64,000 nt of DNA from NCBI GenBank assembly GCA_036676495.1, contig JAKFCT010000091.1, forward strand, positions 1-64,000. Reading direction: 5' to 3'. The notes under the pieces are model-generated. The model did not search any database. It worked only from the letters and a program-made list of their open reading frames with translations, and had not been told where the DNA came from. Numbering within the stretch: the stretch's first letter is position 1; every line of letters starts with the position of its first letter. This DNA is from Candidatus Sericytochromatia bacterium. GTDB taxonomy: Bacteria > Cyanobacteriota > Sericytochromatia > S15B-MN24 > UBA4093. The position numbers were made by a program, and so were the translations under genes. Of the stretch, positions 31,066 through 40,067 are shown one piece after another.

Positions 31066-32007
31066 TTATTTGCGCCGGCGCAGCTCGTCCAGGTGAAGGG
31101 CCGTCTGAACCCGCAGCTCCTTGGGGGCATGCTCCCAGAGGAAGCGCACCAGCTCGCGGCGCTGTGAGGCGCTCAAGCGCTGGTAGATGGGATCCAGCGC
31201 TCCCCAGGTGGAGCCCGTCTCGTCCTGGCGAATCGCCTCTAGCTCCGCGTCGAGCTCGGCCTTCGCGATCGTCCCCCGGAAGACCTGGGTTTCGTAGTGC
31301 TTGCGCTCCTCGTCCGTCAGGTACGGGCTATCCGCCACGCTCTCCAGCATGGCGATCCGCTCGCGCAGGTCTTGCCGGGACCAGCCCCCGCGCGTGCAGC
31401 CCTCCAGCAGGCGCTTTCTCAGGGCCCCGTCCTTGACGGCCTTGAGCGACAGGGCATGGCCCTCGGTGATCGCGCCGCCTTCCACCGCGTCGAGCAGGAC
31501 GTCGGGCATGCGGTGAAGCAGGGCCATCTTGCGGTTGACGAAGTCCACCGACTTACCGATCGAGCGGGCGACCTGATCACGATCGAGCCCGTCCTGGTCG
31601 ATCAGGGCCTTCAGTTGCTTGGCGATCCCCACGGGCCCGTAGGACTCCCGCTGGAAGGCCGTGCGGAAGGCGATCAGGCCCATCTCGGCATCCGACATCT
31701 CGCTCACGACCGCCGGGATGGCCTGCCAGCGGCCATCCTCGGGGTGGCGCTCCCGGTTGAGGCGATACGCCCTCAACCGCCGCTCGCCGTCGCTCACCTG
31801 GTAGCGGCCCGGCGCCTCGGGATGCGGGCGAACCTTGATGGGGTAGTCGAGCCCCCCGTGCAGGATGGATGCGGCAAGCTCGGCGAGCTCCCGGGACGCG
31901 ACGCTGAGGCGCGGCTGGCGAGGGTTGGGATCGATCGTCTCCAGCGGGATCGCGAGCAAGCGCCCGTCGGGCTGCGGGCCCGCGGGGGCGGACAGGTCTT
32001 GGGTCAT
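31066..32007 (-). CDS. ParB/RepB/Spo0J family protein (no adjacent parA)
   Basis: IDPNPRQPR, ELAASI, GERRLRA box, HTH region, ITEGHALSL. Confidence 0.88.
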   Translation of the reverse strand: MTQDLSAPAGPQPDGRLLAIPLETIDPNPRQPRLSVASRELAELAASILHGGLDYPIKVRPHPEAPGRYQVSDGERRLRAYRLNRERHPEDGRWQAIPAVVSEMSDAEMGLIAFRTAFQRESYGPVGIAKQLKALIDQDGLDRDQVARSIGKSVDFVNRKMALLHRMPDVLLDAVEGGAITEGHALSLKAVKDGALRKRLLEGCTRGGWSRQDLRERIAMLESVADSPYLTDEERKHYETQVFRGTIAKAELDAELEAIRQDETGSTWGALDPIYQRLSASQRRELVRFLWEHAPKELRVQTALHLDELRRRK

Positions 32008-32086
32008 GGGACTCCTCGGTATCGTACGCGGCAGCGAAGGCCAAGCCAGCTTGTACCCGAGACCCCGGTCCCGGAAAACCTCGCCT

Positions 32087-32665
32087 CTAGTGGATCTTCT
32101 CGCCCCGCTTCAATAAGTCCATGGCCCAGTCGAGCCGCTTGAGGCGGGTTTCGGGCTTCGCGGCGCTCTGGATGCGGTAGAGGATCGCGTAGCGGTTGGT
32201 CTTGTCCAGGGTCTCGAAGAAGGCCTGGGCCTCGGCATCGAGCTCCAGCCGGGCTCGAAGGTCCTCGGGCACCGTGATCCGGCTGGCCGGCTCGTAGGCC
32301 TTCTCCCAAAGCCCGTTGCGCTTGGCCTCCGCGATCGCGTGAAGGCCCGCCGGCTGCATCCGGCCCGCCGCGATCAGCCGGGCCACGTGGTCCTGGTTCA
32401 CCTTGGACCAGACCGAGCGCGGCTTGCGGGGCGAGAAGCGCTGAAGGAAGCTCTCGGCGTCATAGGCCTGCTTGGTGCTGTCGATCCAGCCGTAGCATAA
32501 GGCCTCGTCCAGGGCCTCGGCGTAGGTCACGGTGGGTTTGTTGCTTCCCTTCTTGTAGAGGCGTAGCCAGAAGGCGCCGGCGTCGGCGTGGTGCTGGTCC
32601 AGCCAGTCATGAAACGCTTCTTGGGTTTCGAAGGCGAGGACGGGAAGGTCCTTGAAGGTCTCCAT
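32087..32665 (-). CDS. YdeI/OmpD-associated family protein
   Basis: EALCYGWIDS, FSPRKPRSVWSKVN, GRMQPAGL, AAKPETRLKRL. Confidence 0.9.
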   Translation of the reverse strand: METFKDLPVLAFETQEAFHDWLDQHHADAGAFWLRLYKKGSNKPTVTYAEALDEALCYGWIDSTKQAYDAESFLQRFSPRKPRSVWSKVNQDHVARLIAAGRMQPAGLHAIAEAKRNGLWEKAYEPASRITVPEDLRARLELDAEAQAFFETLDKTNRYAILYRIQSAAKPETRLKRLDWAMDLLKRGEKIH

Positions 32666-32675
32666 GGCTTCTCCG

Positions 32676-33800
32676 TTAGCGAGGTTCGGGGCGTACGTGG
32701 GCATCCAGGCCGAACTCCCGCAGGACGGCCGCGGTATCGGCTCCCAGCGCCGGGGCGGGGACGTGCAACTGCCGCTCCCAGCCCTCCAGGTAGGGCCCTG
32801 GGCTTTCGAGGTGCCCGCCGCCGGCCAGGGGCGTCTGCTCCATGCGGGCCCGGTAGTAGGGCTCTTGGCGGGCCGCTTCGAGCCCGTTGACCGCGCTGAT
32901 GGGCAGATCGCGCTCCGCGGCCCGTTTCAGCCAGGTGTCACGCGGCTCTTGGGCGAAGCGCTCGGCCAGCAGCTGGATGGTCTCCGCGCCGCGCCTTCCC
33001 GTCTGCATGCCCGCCGAGGCGAGATCCGGCAGCTCCAGCAGCTCGGTCAGCTCCCGCCAGAACTTGGGTTCGATCGCGCCCACGGCGAGTCTTTCACCGT
33101 CCTTGCACCGGTAAACCTGGTAGCTGGGGCTCTCTCCGGCCAAGACATGCTCCAAAACTCCCGTTCCTCCGGCCGATGCGTTGGCCCATGCCCAGGTGAG
33201 GAAGGGCATGGGGGCGGTTGCGAGGGGCTGATCGAGTCTTGAGCCTTTCTGGGTGCGGCTCCGCAGGAGCAAGGCTGCGAGGATCGAGCTGCTGGCGAGG
33301 ATCCCGGTGGTGATGTCGGCGATCTGGATGCCGGGGATGCCGTCGCCGGGAAGGGCGGAGAGCAGGCCGGAGAAGGCCTGGAGGTTGAGGTCGTGGCCGA
33401 CCCCGCCTTCGGGGCCGAAGCCCGACAGCGCGCAGATGGTGAGGGCGGGGTTCAGGGCCTGGAGCGCGTCTGCGCCGAGTCCCCAGCGGGCCATGGTGCC
33501 CGGCCGGAAGCTCTCCACCAGCACGTCGGCTTGCTGGGCGAGGCCTTTGAGGGCGGCGGCGCCTTCGGGGGTCTTCAGGTCCAGCGAAACGGATTCCGTT
33601 CCCCGGTAGAAGGCCTGGAACCCGGCCCCCGTGCCGTCGGCGAAGGGGGGAGCCAGGCGCATGGGGTCTCCGCTGGAGGGATCCTCGATCTTGATGACGC
33701 GGGCGCCCAGGTCGACGAGGATCCGGGCGAGGACGGCTCCGGGGAGCATGCGGGAGAGGTCGAGGACGACGGTGCCGCTGAGGGGGAGCATGCCGATCAT
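32676..33800 (-). CDS. Family III CoA transferase (CaiB/BaiF, AMACR-like)
   Basis: VLDLSRMLPG, DLGARVIKIE, DVLVESFRPG, GHDLN, catalytic Asp in QIADITTG, APALGADT. Confidence 0.9.
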   Translation of the reverse strand: MIGMLPLSGTVVLDLSRMLPGAVLARILVDLGARVIKIEDPSSGDPMRLAPPFADGTGAGFQAFYRGTESVSLDLKTPEGAAALKGLAQQADVLVESFRPGTMARWGLGADALQALNPALTICALSGFGPEGGVGHDLNLQAFSGLLSALPGDGIPGIQIADITTGILASSSILAALLLRSRTQKGSRLDQPLATAPMPFLTWAWANASAGGTGVLEHVLAGESPSYQVYRCKDGERLAVGAIEPKFWRELTELLELPDLASAGMQTGRRGAETIQLLAERFAQEPRDTWLKRAAERDLPISAVNGLEAARQEPYYRARMEQTPLAGGGHLESPGPYLEGWERQLHVPAPALGADTAAVLREFGLDAHVRPEPR

Positions 33801-33826
33801 GGGGACCTCCTTGGGGGAGCGTGAGG

Positions 33827-35992
33827 TTAGCTATTCGATTCGGCGACGGGCTGTCGATCCGTGTGGAAGCGTTTCCCCTCGCGGGCCATCTCGACGAGCA
33901 GCGGGGCGGGCGTGAAGCGCTTGCCGTGAGCCGAGGCCAGTTCCTCCAGGCGCTTGACGAGCCGATCGAGGCCCATGGCGTCGGCGAAGCGGAAGGGGCC
34001 GCCGTGCAGCGGGGGGAAGCCTAGTCCCATGACGGCTCCCAGGTCGCCGTCGGTGGCGTCGCGGAGGATGCCTTCCTGGAGGCAGTAGGCGGCTTCGTTG
34101 ACCATCATGAGGACGAGGCGATCGACGAGTTCCTGGGGACGGGGCGAGGTCGCGGGGGGCGTCGCGCTCCGGAAGAAGGCGGTGGCGTCGGGGTTGACGC
34201 GCTTGTGCTTGCCGGATTTGCCTTCGGGGTCGTAGCAGTAGAAGCCCTTGCCGTTCTTGCGGCCGTGGAAGCCGGCTTCGACCATGCGGAGCATGGCGTC
34301 GGAGGGGGTGATGCCGCGGTGGGCGAAGGCCTTGCCGAGATCGTGGGAGACGTGGGCGGCGACGTCGAGGCCGACCTCGTCGATCAGGGTGATGGGGCCG
34401 ACGGGGAAGCCGAAGTCCTTGAGGGCGCGGTCGAGGGCTTCGACGGAGGCTCCTTCTGCGAGCAGGGCCGCGGCCTCGTTGAGGAAGGGCGCCAGGATGC
34501 GGGTGGTGTAGAAGCCCGGCCCGTCCTTGACCACGATGACGGTCTTGCCTTGGGCTTTTCCGGTGGCCATGGCGGTGGCGATCGCCCAGTCCGCCGTCTT
34601 TGGCGTCACGACGATCTCGAGCAGCGGCATCTTGGGGACCGGAGAGAAGTAGTGCATGCCCAGCACCCGCTCGGGATGGCGGGCTTCGGCGGCGATGCTG
34701 GCGATCGGCAGGGCGGAGGTGTTGGTGGCGTAGACGGCTTCCGGGGCGAGCACGGCCTCGGTCTCGGCGAGGACCCGGCGCTTCAGGTCGAGATCCTCGA
34801 AGACCGCCTCGACCACCAGGTCGCAGCCGGCGAGATCCGCGGCGTCGCGGGTGAAGCGCAGGCGGTGCCAGGTCTTGTCGCGGTCGACCCCGCTCAGCGC
34901 GCCGGATTTCACGCGCTTGGCCAGGCTCGCGTGCAGGTTGCGGGCGGCCCGGGAGAGGGTCTCATCCGAGACGTCCTTGAGCACGACCGGCACGTTCGCG
35001 ATCGAGACGGAGGCGATGCCTTCGCCCATGAGGCCGGCTCCCAGCACGCCGATCCGACGCACCTCCCGGGGCACCATGCCGTCGGGGAGCTTCTTCTTGG
35101 CGGTGGTGGCGTGGAAGATGCCGATCAGGTTCTTGGCCTCGGGGCTGGTGACCAGCGCTCCGAAGCCGAGCTCTTCCTGCTGGTAGCCGCGGCCGCCCAG
35201 CTTGAAGCCGTCGGCCAGGCCGAGCCTCACGCAGTCGAGGATGGCCAGGGGGGCGGGGTAGAGGCCGCGCGTCTTGGCGAGCACGCCTTCCCGGGCCTGT
35301 TTCAGCACCATGCCGCGCAGGGGGCCTTCCATGAGGCGATCCATGAGTTTGGCTTCGCGGCGCTTGGGCTTCAGCTTGCCGTCGGCCAGCATGAGGGCGG
35401 CCTTGGCGGCGGTCTCCTCGATCCCGAAGGGGGAGGTGAGGGCGTCGACGAGGCCCGCCTTGTAGGCCTTGGCGGCGCGGAGGCGCTGGCCGGTGAGCAG
35501 CATGGAGAGCCCGAGGGTCATGCCGACCAGGGGGATCAGGCGCTGGGTGCCTCCTCCTGCGGGCAAGAGGCCGAGCTGGACCTCGGGCAGGGCGAGCACG
35601 GTCTTGGCATCGTCGCTGGCGAGCCGGTAATGGCATGCGAGGGCCACTTCCAGGCCTCCACCCAGGGCGGGACCGTGGATGGCGGCGACGAAGGGCTTGG
35701 AGCTCTGGGCGATCCGGTCGAGGAGGGCGTGGCCTTCGCGTGAGAAGGCGGCGGCCTGGGTGGGAAGGGTCATGGCGAGGACCTCGTCGAGGTCGGCTCC
35801 GGCGATGAACGAGTCGGGCTTGGCGCTGGAGAGCACGCAGGCGCGCAGGTCCGGGTCGCGGGCGATCGCCTCGAGGTGCCGCGCGAAGTCCGCGAAGAAG
35901 CGGCTCGACAGGATGTTCACCGGGCTATCGGGAGTGTCGAAGCGCAGGATCGCGACTCCGTCGTTTCGCTTGATCAGCTGGATGGCTTCCAT
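33827..35992 (-). CDS. fadJ: Fatty-acid oxidation complex alpha subunit (enoyl-CoA hydratase / 3-hydroxyacyl-CoA dehydrogenase)
   Basis: FIAGAD, GGGLEVALAC, LPEVQLGLLP, GAGLMG, VEAVFED, TNTSALP, GMHYFSPV. Confidence 0.9.
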   Translation of the reverse strand: MEAIQLIKRNDGVAILRFDTPDSPVNILSSRFFADFARHLEAIARDPDLRACVLSSAKPDSFIAGADLDEVLAMTLPTQAAAFSREGHALLDRIAQSSKPFVAAIHGPALGGGLEVALACHYRLASDDAKTVLALPEVQLGLLPAGGGTQRLIPLVGMTLGLSMLLTGQRLRAAKAYKAGLVDALTSPFGIEETAAKAALMLADGKLKPKRREAKLMDRLMEGPLRGMVLKQAREGVLAKTRGLYPAPLAILDCVRLGLADGFKLGGRGYQQEELGFGALVTSPEAKNLIGIFHATTAKKKLPDGMVPREVRRIGVLGAGLMGEGIASVSIANVPVVLKDVSDETLSRAARNLHASLAKRVKSGALSGVDRDKTWHRLRFTRDAADLAGCDLVVEAVFEDLDLKRRVLAETEAVLAPEAVYATNTSALPIASIAAEARHPERVLGMHYFSPVPKMPLLEIVVTPKTADWAIATAMATGKAQGKTVIVVKDGPGFYTTRILAPFLNEAAALLAEGASVEALDRALKDFGFPVGPITLIDEVGLDVAAHVSHDLGKAFAHRGITPSDAMLRMVEAGFHGRKNGKGFYCYDPEGKSGKHKRVNPDATAFFRSATPPATSPRPQELVDRLVLMMVNEAAYCLQEGILRDATDGDLGAVMGLGFPPLHGGPFRFADAMGLDRLVKRLEELASAHGKRFTPAPLLVEMAREGKRFHTDRQPVAESNS

Positions 35993-36010
35993 CTCGTTTC
36001 TCCCTATCTC

Positions 36011-37309
36011 CTAAACCTGGCGGAGGGTCATGGCGTGCCCGAGGGCGCCGGCGGCGCAGGCCGAGATCAGCCCCCACTCCGCGTTCTCCTGCTTCATCCG
36101 CTGGGCGGCCGTCATCAGGAGGCGGGCTCCGGTGGCTCCGAACGGGTGCCCGATGGACAGCGAGCCGCCCCAGGCGTTGAGCTGGTCGGGCGGGATCTCG
36201 CCCACTTCCCGGTCGCGCCCCAGCTTCTGGCGGCCGAAGCTCGGGTCGGCCAGCAGCCGGAGGTTGGCGAGCATCTGCGCGGCGAAGGCCTCGTGAAGCT
36301 CGAAGACTCCGACCTGCGACAGGGAGATGCCCGCCGCGTCCAGGGCCTTGGGGATGGCGTAGGCGGGCCCCATCAGCAGTTCCTCGCGCGGATCGGTGGC
36401 GGCCATCGCGAGGCTCGATATCACGGCCATGGGCGTGTAGCCGAGCTCACGGGCCTTCCGCTCGCTCATCAGGAGGACGACGGCGGCGCCGTCGGTGAGA
36501 AAGGAGCTGTTGCCGGCGCTGACGGTCCCGAAGCGGCGGTCGAAGACCGGCGGGAGGCTGGCCAGCTTCTCCGGGCTGGAGTCGCCCCGGATGCCGTTGT
36601 CGGCGCGCACGGGCATGAAGCGGGGCGGGACCATGGCCGGCGCGATCTGCGAGGCCAGGTAGCCGCGCTCGGTGGCCGCTGCCGCTCGCCGGTGCGAGCT
36701 CAGCGCGTACGCGTCCTGGGCGTCGCGCGAGATGCCGACGCGCTTGGCGAGCCGTTCGGCGCTCTCGCCCATGGTGTGACCGGTGGAGAACTCGGCGATC
36801 GCGGGCATGTCGGGGGCCAGATCGCGCCATGACAGCCCCGAAAGCAGCTTGAGGTAGTCGGCGGGGCCCCGGGCCTTTTGCGAGGCGATCAGGCGCTTGC
36901 GGACGTTGCGCCCGAAGCGGATGGGAACGTCCGAGAGGGTCTCCGCGCCTCCGGCGATCACGACCTCGGCGGTGCCGGCGGCGATGGCTTCGACGGCCGA
37001 GGCGATCGCCACGTTGGAGGAGGTGCAGGCCGCCGTCACCGTGTGGGCGGGAAGGCTCTGGGGCAGGCCCGCGGCGAGGGCGACCTCGCGGGCCAGGTTG
37101 GAGGTACGGGGCTCGGCGACGACCGTTCCCATGAGAAGGCGATCGATCTGCTTGGGATCGAGCCGGGTGCGGTGGAGGAGGCCGGCGATCGCCATCGCCC
37201 CCAGCTGATAGGAGGGAAGATCGGCGAAGTCCGTCTGCGAACGCAAGAATGGCGTCCGGCAGCCGTCCACCAGGACGACCCGGGAGCCGGAGAGCGGTAG
37301 CGCGGGCAT
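36011..37309 (-). CDS. fadI: Acetyl-CoA C-acyltransferase (thiolase)
   Basis: ACTSS, GNSSFLTDGA, HEAFAAQ, GHPFGATGAR, ACAAGALG; upstream of fadJ. Confidence 0.9.
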   Translation of the reverse strand: MPALPLSGSRVVLVDGCRTPFLRSQTDFADLPSYQLGAMAIAGLLHRTRLDPKQIDRLLMGTVVAEPRTSNLAREVALAAGLPQSLPAHTVTAACTSSNVAIASAVEAIAAGTAEVVIAGGAETLSDVPIRFGRNVRKRLIASQKARGPADYLKLLSGLSWRDLAPDMPAIAEFSTGHTMGESAERLAKRVGISRDAQDAYALSSHRRAAAATERGYLASQIAPAMVPPRFMPVRADNGIRGDSSPEKLASLPPVFDRRFGTVSAGNSSFLTDGAAVVLLMSERKARELGYTPMAVISSLAMAATDPREELLMGPAYAIPKALDAAGISLSQVGVFELHEAFAAQMLANLRLLADPSFGRQKLGRDREVGEIPPDQLNAWGGSLSIGHPFGATGARLLMTAAQRMKQENAEWGLISACAAGALGHAMTLRQV

Positions 37310-37572
37310 GATTCCCTCCCTAGAGCGATCTACGTTGCTGCAGGACAGCGAGCTTTGACTTTCAGCCTCTATCCATGCGGTTCTCGATTAACGCTCGCTG
37401 CCTTTCGCAACAGCCGCGGGCGCTATCTGAATCCCCAAACCCCTTCATGAGGCCATTCGGCGCGGGGATTGTCAAACGCCGCCGCCGCGACGTCCGGGAG
37501 CCGAAAGCGCGACGCCGTCCCCCCGTTTCGGAGGAACGGCGTCGCGTGGGACGGCGTTGCGTCCGGGTGGGG

Positions 37573-38421
37573 TCAGGGGCGGCTGGGGGCGCCCGCCGCG
37601 GAGGCGTTCGAGACCGGCAAGGGGGGTTGCCCCATCATGATCAGCTGGTGGTTGATGTTCATGGCGGCGACCATGGAGGCGTCATCGGCCTCGACCGCGA
37701 TCTCGAAGGACTTCGATGGGTCCTCCTTGCCTCCGAAGGGATAATAGAAGACCTTGGCGGCCCCTTCTCCCTCGGCCCAGCGGGCGACGAACATGACGTT
37801 CATTTCCTGGTAGGCGAGCTGCCACTTGCCGTCGGGGGTTTGCGCGCGGCCCTTGAAGCCGAAGCCGTCCGCCGAGCCGAAGAGGCCGGGCATGCCGAAC
37901 CCGGCGCCCTGGCCGGCCGAGGCCTCCTTCTCGCCCAGATTCGGAGGGGCGCCCTTCCAGTCGAGCCCGTCGAGCTGCGTGGTCATCTTGGCCAGCTCGT
38001 CCCAGGTCTTCATGCCGGGGGGCAGCTGGAGGTTGCGCAGCTTCTCCTCGGGCCAGTCCTTGAAGTAAGGGTGCTTGCGCAGTTCGGCCAGCTTCGCCTC
38101 CATGGGATCGGGGGTCGGCTTCGGCGTCGGGGTTGCCTGGGGCTTGGGCGCTTTGGCGACCTGCTGCGGCTTGGGCGGCGGCTTGGGTTTTTCCTTTTTC
38201 TTCTTGGGATAGGCGACGGTCCCCGGGGCCGCGACGGGAGCGGCTTTCGGGGCGGCTTTCGGGGCGGCCTGCTGGAGCTTGGCCAGTTCCACGAGCATGA
38301 CCTGCGCGTCCTTGGGCATGGGCGGCATCGGTCGAGCGCCTCCCCTGCTGAGGGGCAGGATGAAGGCTCCTATCAGGAGGACGTGGAGGGCGAGCGAGGC
38401 CCCCAGAGAGCCGACGTGCAT
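37573..38421 (-). CDS. TonB/TolA-like anchored Pro/Lys-rich protein with unrecognised C-terminal domain
   Basis: N-terminal TM with SLALH motif, KP-rich linker; start overlaps the upstream stop (TGATG). Confidence 0.6.
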   Translation of the reverse strand: MHVGSLGASLALHVLLIGAFILPLSRGGARPMPPMPKDAQVMLVELAKLQQAAPKAAPKAAPVAAPGTVAYPKKKKEKPKPPPKPQQVAKAPKPQATPTPKPTPDPMEAKLAELRKHPYFKDWPEEKLRNLQLPPGMKTWDELAKMTTQLDGLDWKGAPPNLGEKEASAGQGAGFGMPGLFGSADGFGFKGRAQTPDGKWQLAYQEMNVMFVARWAEGEGAAKVFYYPFGGKEDPSKSFEIAVEADDASMVAAMNINHQLIMMGQPPLPVSNASAAGAPSRP

Positions 38422-39497
38422 CAGTTCACCTGGGGCAGGTCGATGGAGCCCAGGACCCGGTTGAGATCGTCCGGATAGAGGTCTCCATAGGAGTAGAGCA
38501 GCTGGCCGTTCTTCTCGGAGCCCGCGTAGTTGTAGGGGGCCTGGTAGGAGAGCGAGCTCATCTTGTCGACCAGGGAGAGGGCGAAGGCTCCGGCCATCAA
38601 GGTCAGGAACATGTTGGGCTTGGGGCGATAGGAGACGAACATCCAGTTGAGGCCGTCGGTGTAGTGGAGTTGCGTGATGCGGGTGCCGAAGAAGTTGGCG
38701 AACTGGATGCCATGGAGCTGGAAGCCCGCGGGCACGTACTTCGGCAGGGGCACCTTGCTCTTGAGGGCGGCTTCGGCGGCTTCGACCGTCTTGTACTCGA
38801 CGAAGGAGTTGTCCTTGTCCTTTTGCAGGGCGATGGTGCTCAGCTTCTCGGGGAGGTTGGCCACCTCGACGTCCACCTTCTTGGAGGGGATGTAATCCTC
38901 ATAGAAGGAGGTGAAGTAGGGGCTGAGGCCCTTGCCCCAGGTGCGCTCTTCCTTGAGGACCTGGTAGGTGTCGCGGCTGATCCAGAAGCGGTGGCCGGGA
39001 ACGTTGTAGCCGCGCTTGGGGGTGGCCTCGAGGATGTAGCAGGGGGTGAGGGCGACGATGTCGTTGAGCTCGTCGGAGCCTTCCAGGATCTTGAGGTCGT
39101 AGTTGCGGCCCAGCAGCTGAGGGCTGGTGAGCTGGCCGAAGATGGTGGTGGCGGCCTCGTTGGAGCCGGTGGGGTTGTCGTTGCGGAAGAGCAGGCTCTC
39201 CATGGGGAAGTAGACGTTGGCCTTGTTTTCCTTCATCCAGAGGTTGACCCCGGCGAGGGTGTCGGGGGCCTGGACGGTGACGCGGTAGTTCTTGCCGTCC
39301 TGGACGAAGACCTTCATTTCCGCGCGCAGGTTGAGGTGCTGGCGGGTCAAGAGCTGGATGCGCTTGCCCCAGAAGGTGACCGAACCCTGGGCGTCGATGG
39401 TGCGGTTGATGAGTTCGGTGGGCGTGGGGGCGGCCCAAGCGCTCGCGGGCAGCGCGAGGATGGCAGCCGTGAGGGCCCAGACGACGGTTTTTTGCAT
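38421..39497 (-). CDS. Exported RseB/MucB- or LolA-fold-like protein
   Basis: Signal peptide; NYDLKI, CYILEATPK, RFWISRDTYQVLK, LPKYVPAGF, LHYTDGL. Confidence 0.7.
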   Translation of the reverse strand: MQKTVVWALTAAILALPASAWAAPTPTELINRTIDAQGSVTFWGKRIQLLTRQHLNLRAEMKVFVQDGKNYRVTVQAPDTLAGVNLWMKENKANVYFPMESLLFRNDNPTGSNEAATTIFGQLTSPQLLGRNYDLKILEGSDELNDIVALTPCYILEATPKRGYNVPGHRFWISRDTYQVLKEERTWGKGLSPYFTSFYEDYIPSKKVDVEVANLPEKLSTIALQKDKDNSFVEYKTVEAAEAALKSKVPLPKYVPAGFQLHGIQFANFFGTRITQLHYTDGLNWMFVSYRPKPNMFLTLMAGAFALSLVDKMSSLSYQAPYNYAGSEKNGQLLYSYGDLYPDDLNRVLGSIDLPQVN

Positions 39498-40067
39498 GCC
39501 TCTTGCTTCCTCTCCTGAGAGCGAAAAAGGGTGCCGCGCGCAACGGGGTTCCGTGGATCAGACGACGGAACCGGCCGGGAGGTTCGATTTCGGAGCCTCG
39601 ATCGCTCCCGAGCAGCCTCGATTGCGTCTAAGCAGCCGCGGGCGATCCGGAGCCGTGGGCGCGCCGGATCCCGCCGGCGGCACGGCGCGGACTCGCCTCC
39701 CGAGGGATGCGGGCGCCACCCTGAACCGGATCCGGAGCCGGACCATCCTAGCATCTAAGCATGACGGCAGCAACGCCAGCACGGCCCCTAGTCCAAAGCG
39801 ACGAAAGGGATTGTTAAAACTGTTCGTTTTCTGTGAAATCTTCGCTAAGTTGACATGACGGAGGGATTGCTGGGGTAGGAGGGAAATATGGGCAGCCTTC
39901 TTACCCTTCGTTCGGATGTTCGAAGAGGGAGCTCCCGCCGGACCTTGAAAACCACATAGTCAAGTGCGGTTCCATTTCATTTGGAATAGGGTTTTGAAGT
40001 CCGGTTGGAAAGGATTTTGGAATCCGCTGGAAGACTTGCATATGTTTCGGAAAGGAAAAGGCACCCT

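Noticed and set aside
39850-40067. Known c-di-GMP or c-di-AMP riboswitch upstream of the secreted cluster
   Set aside because: Could not find the conserved core motifs by eye; kept only as an unassigned structured-leader candidate.
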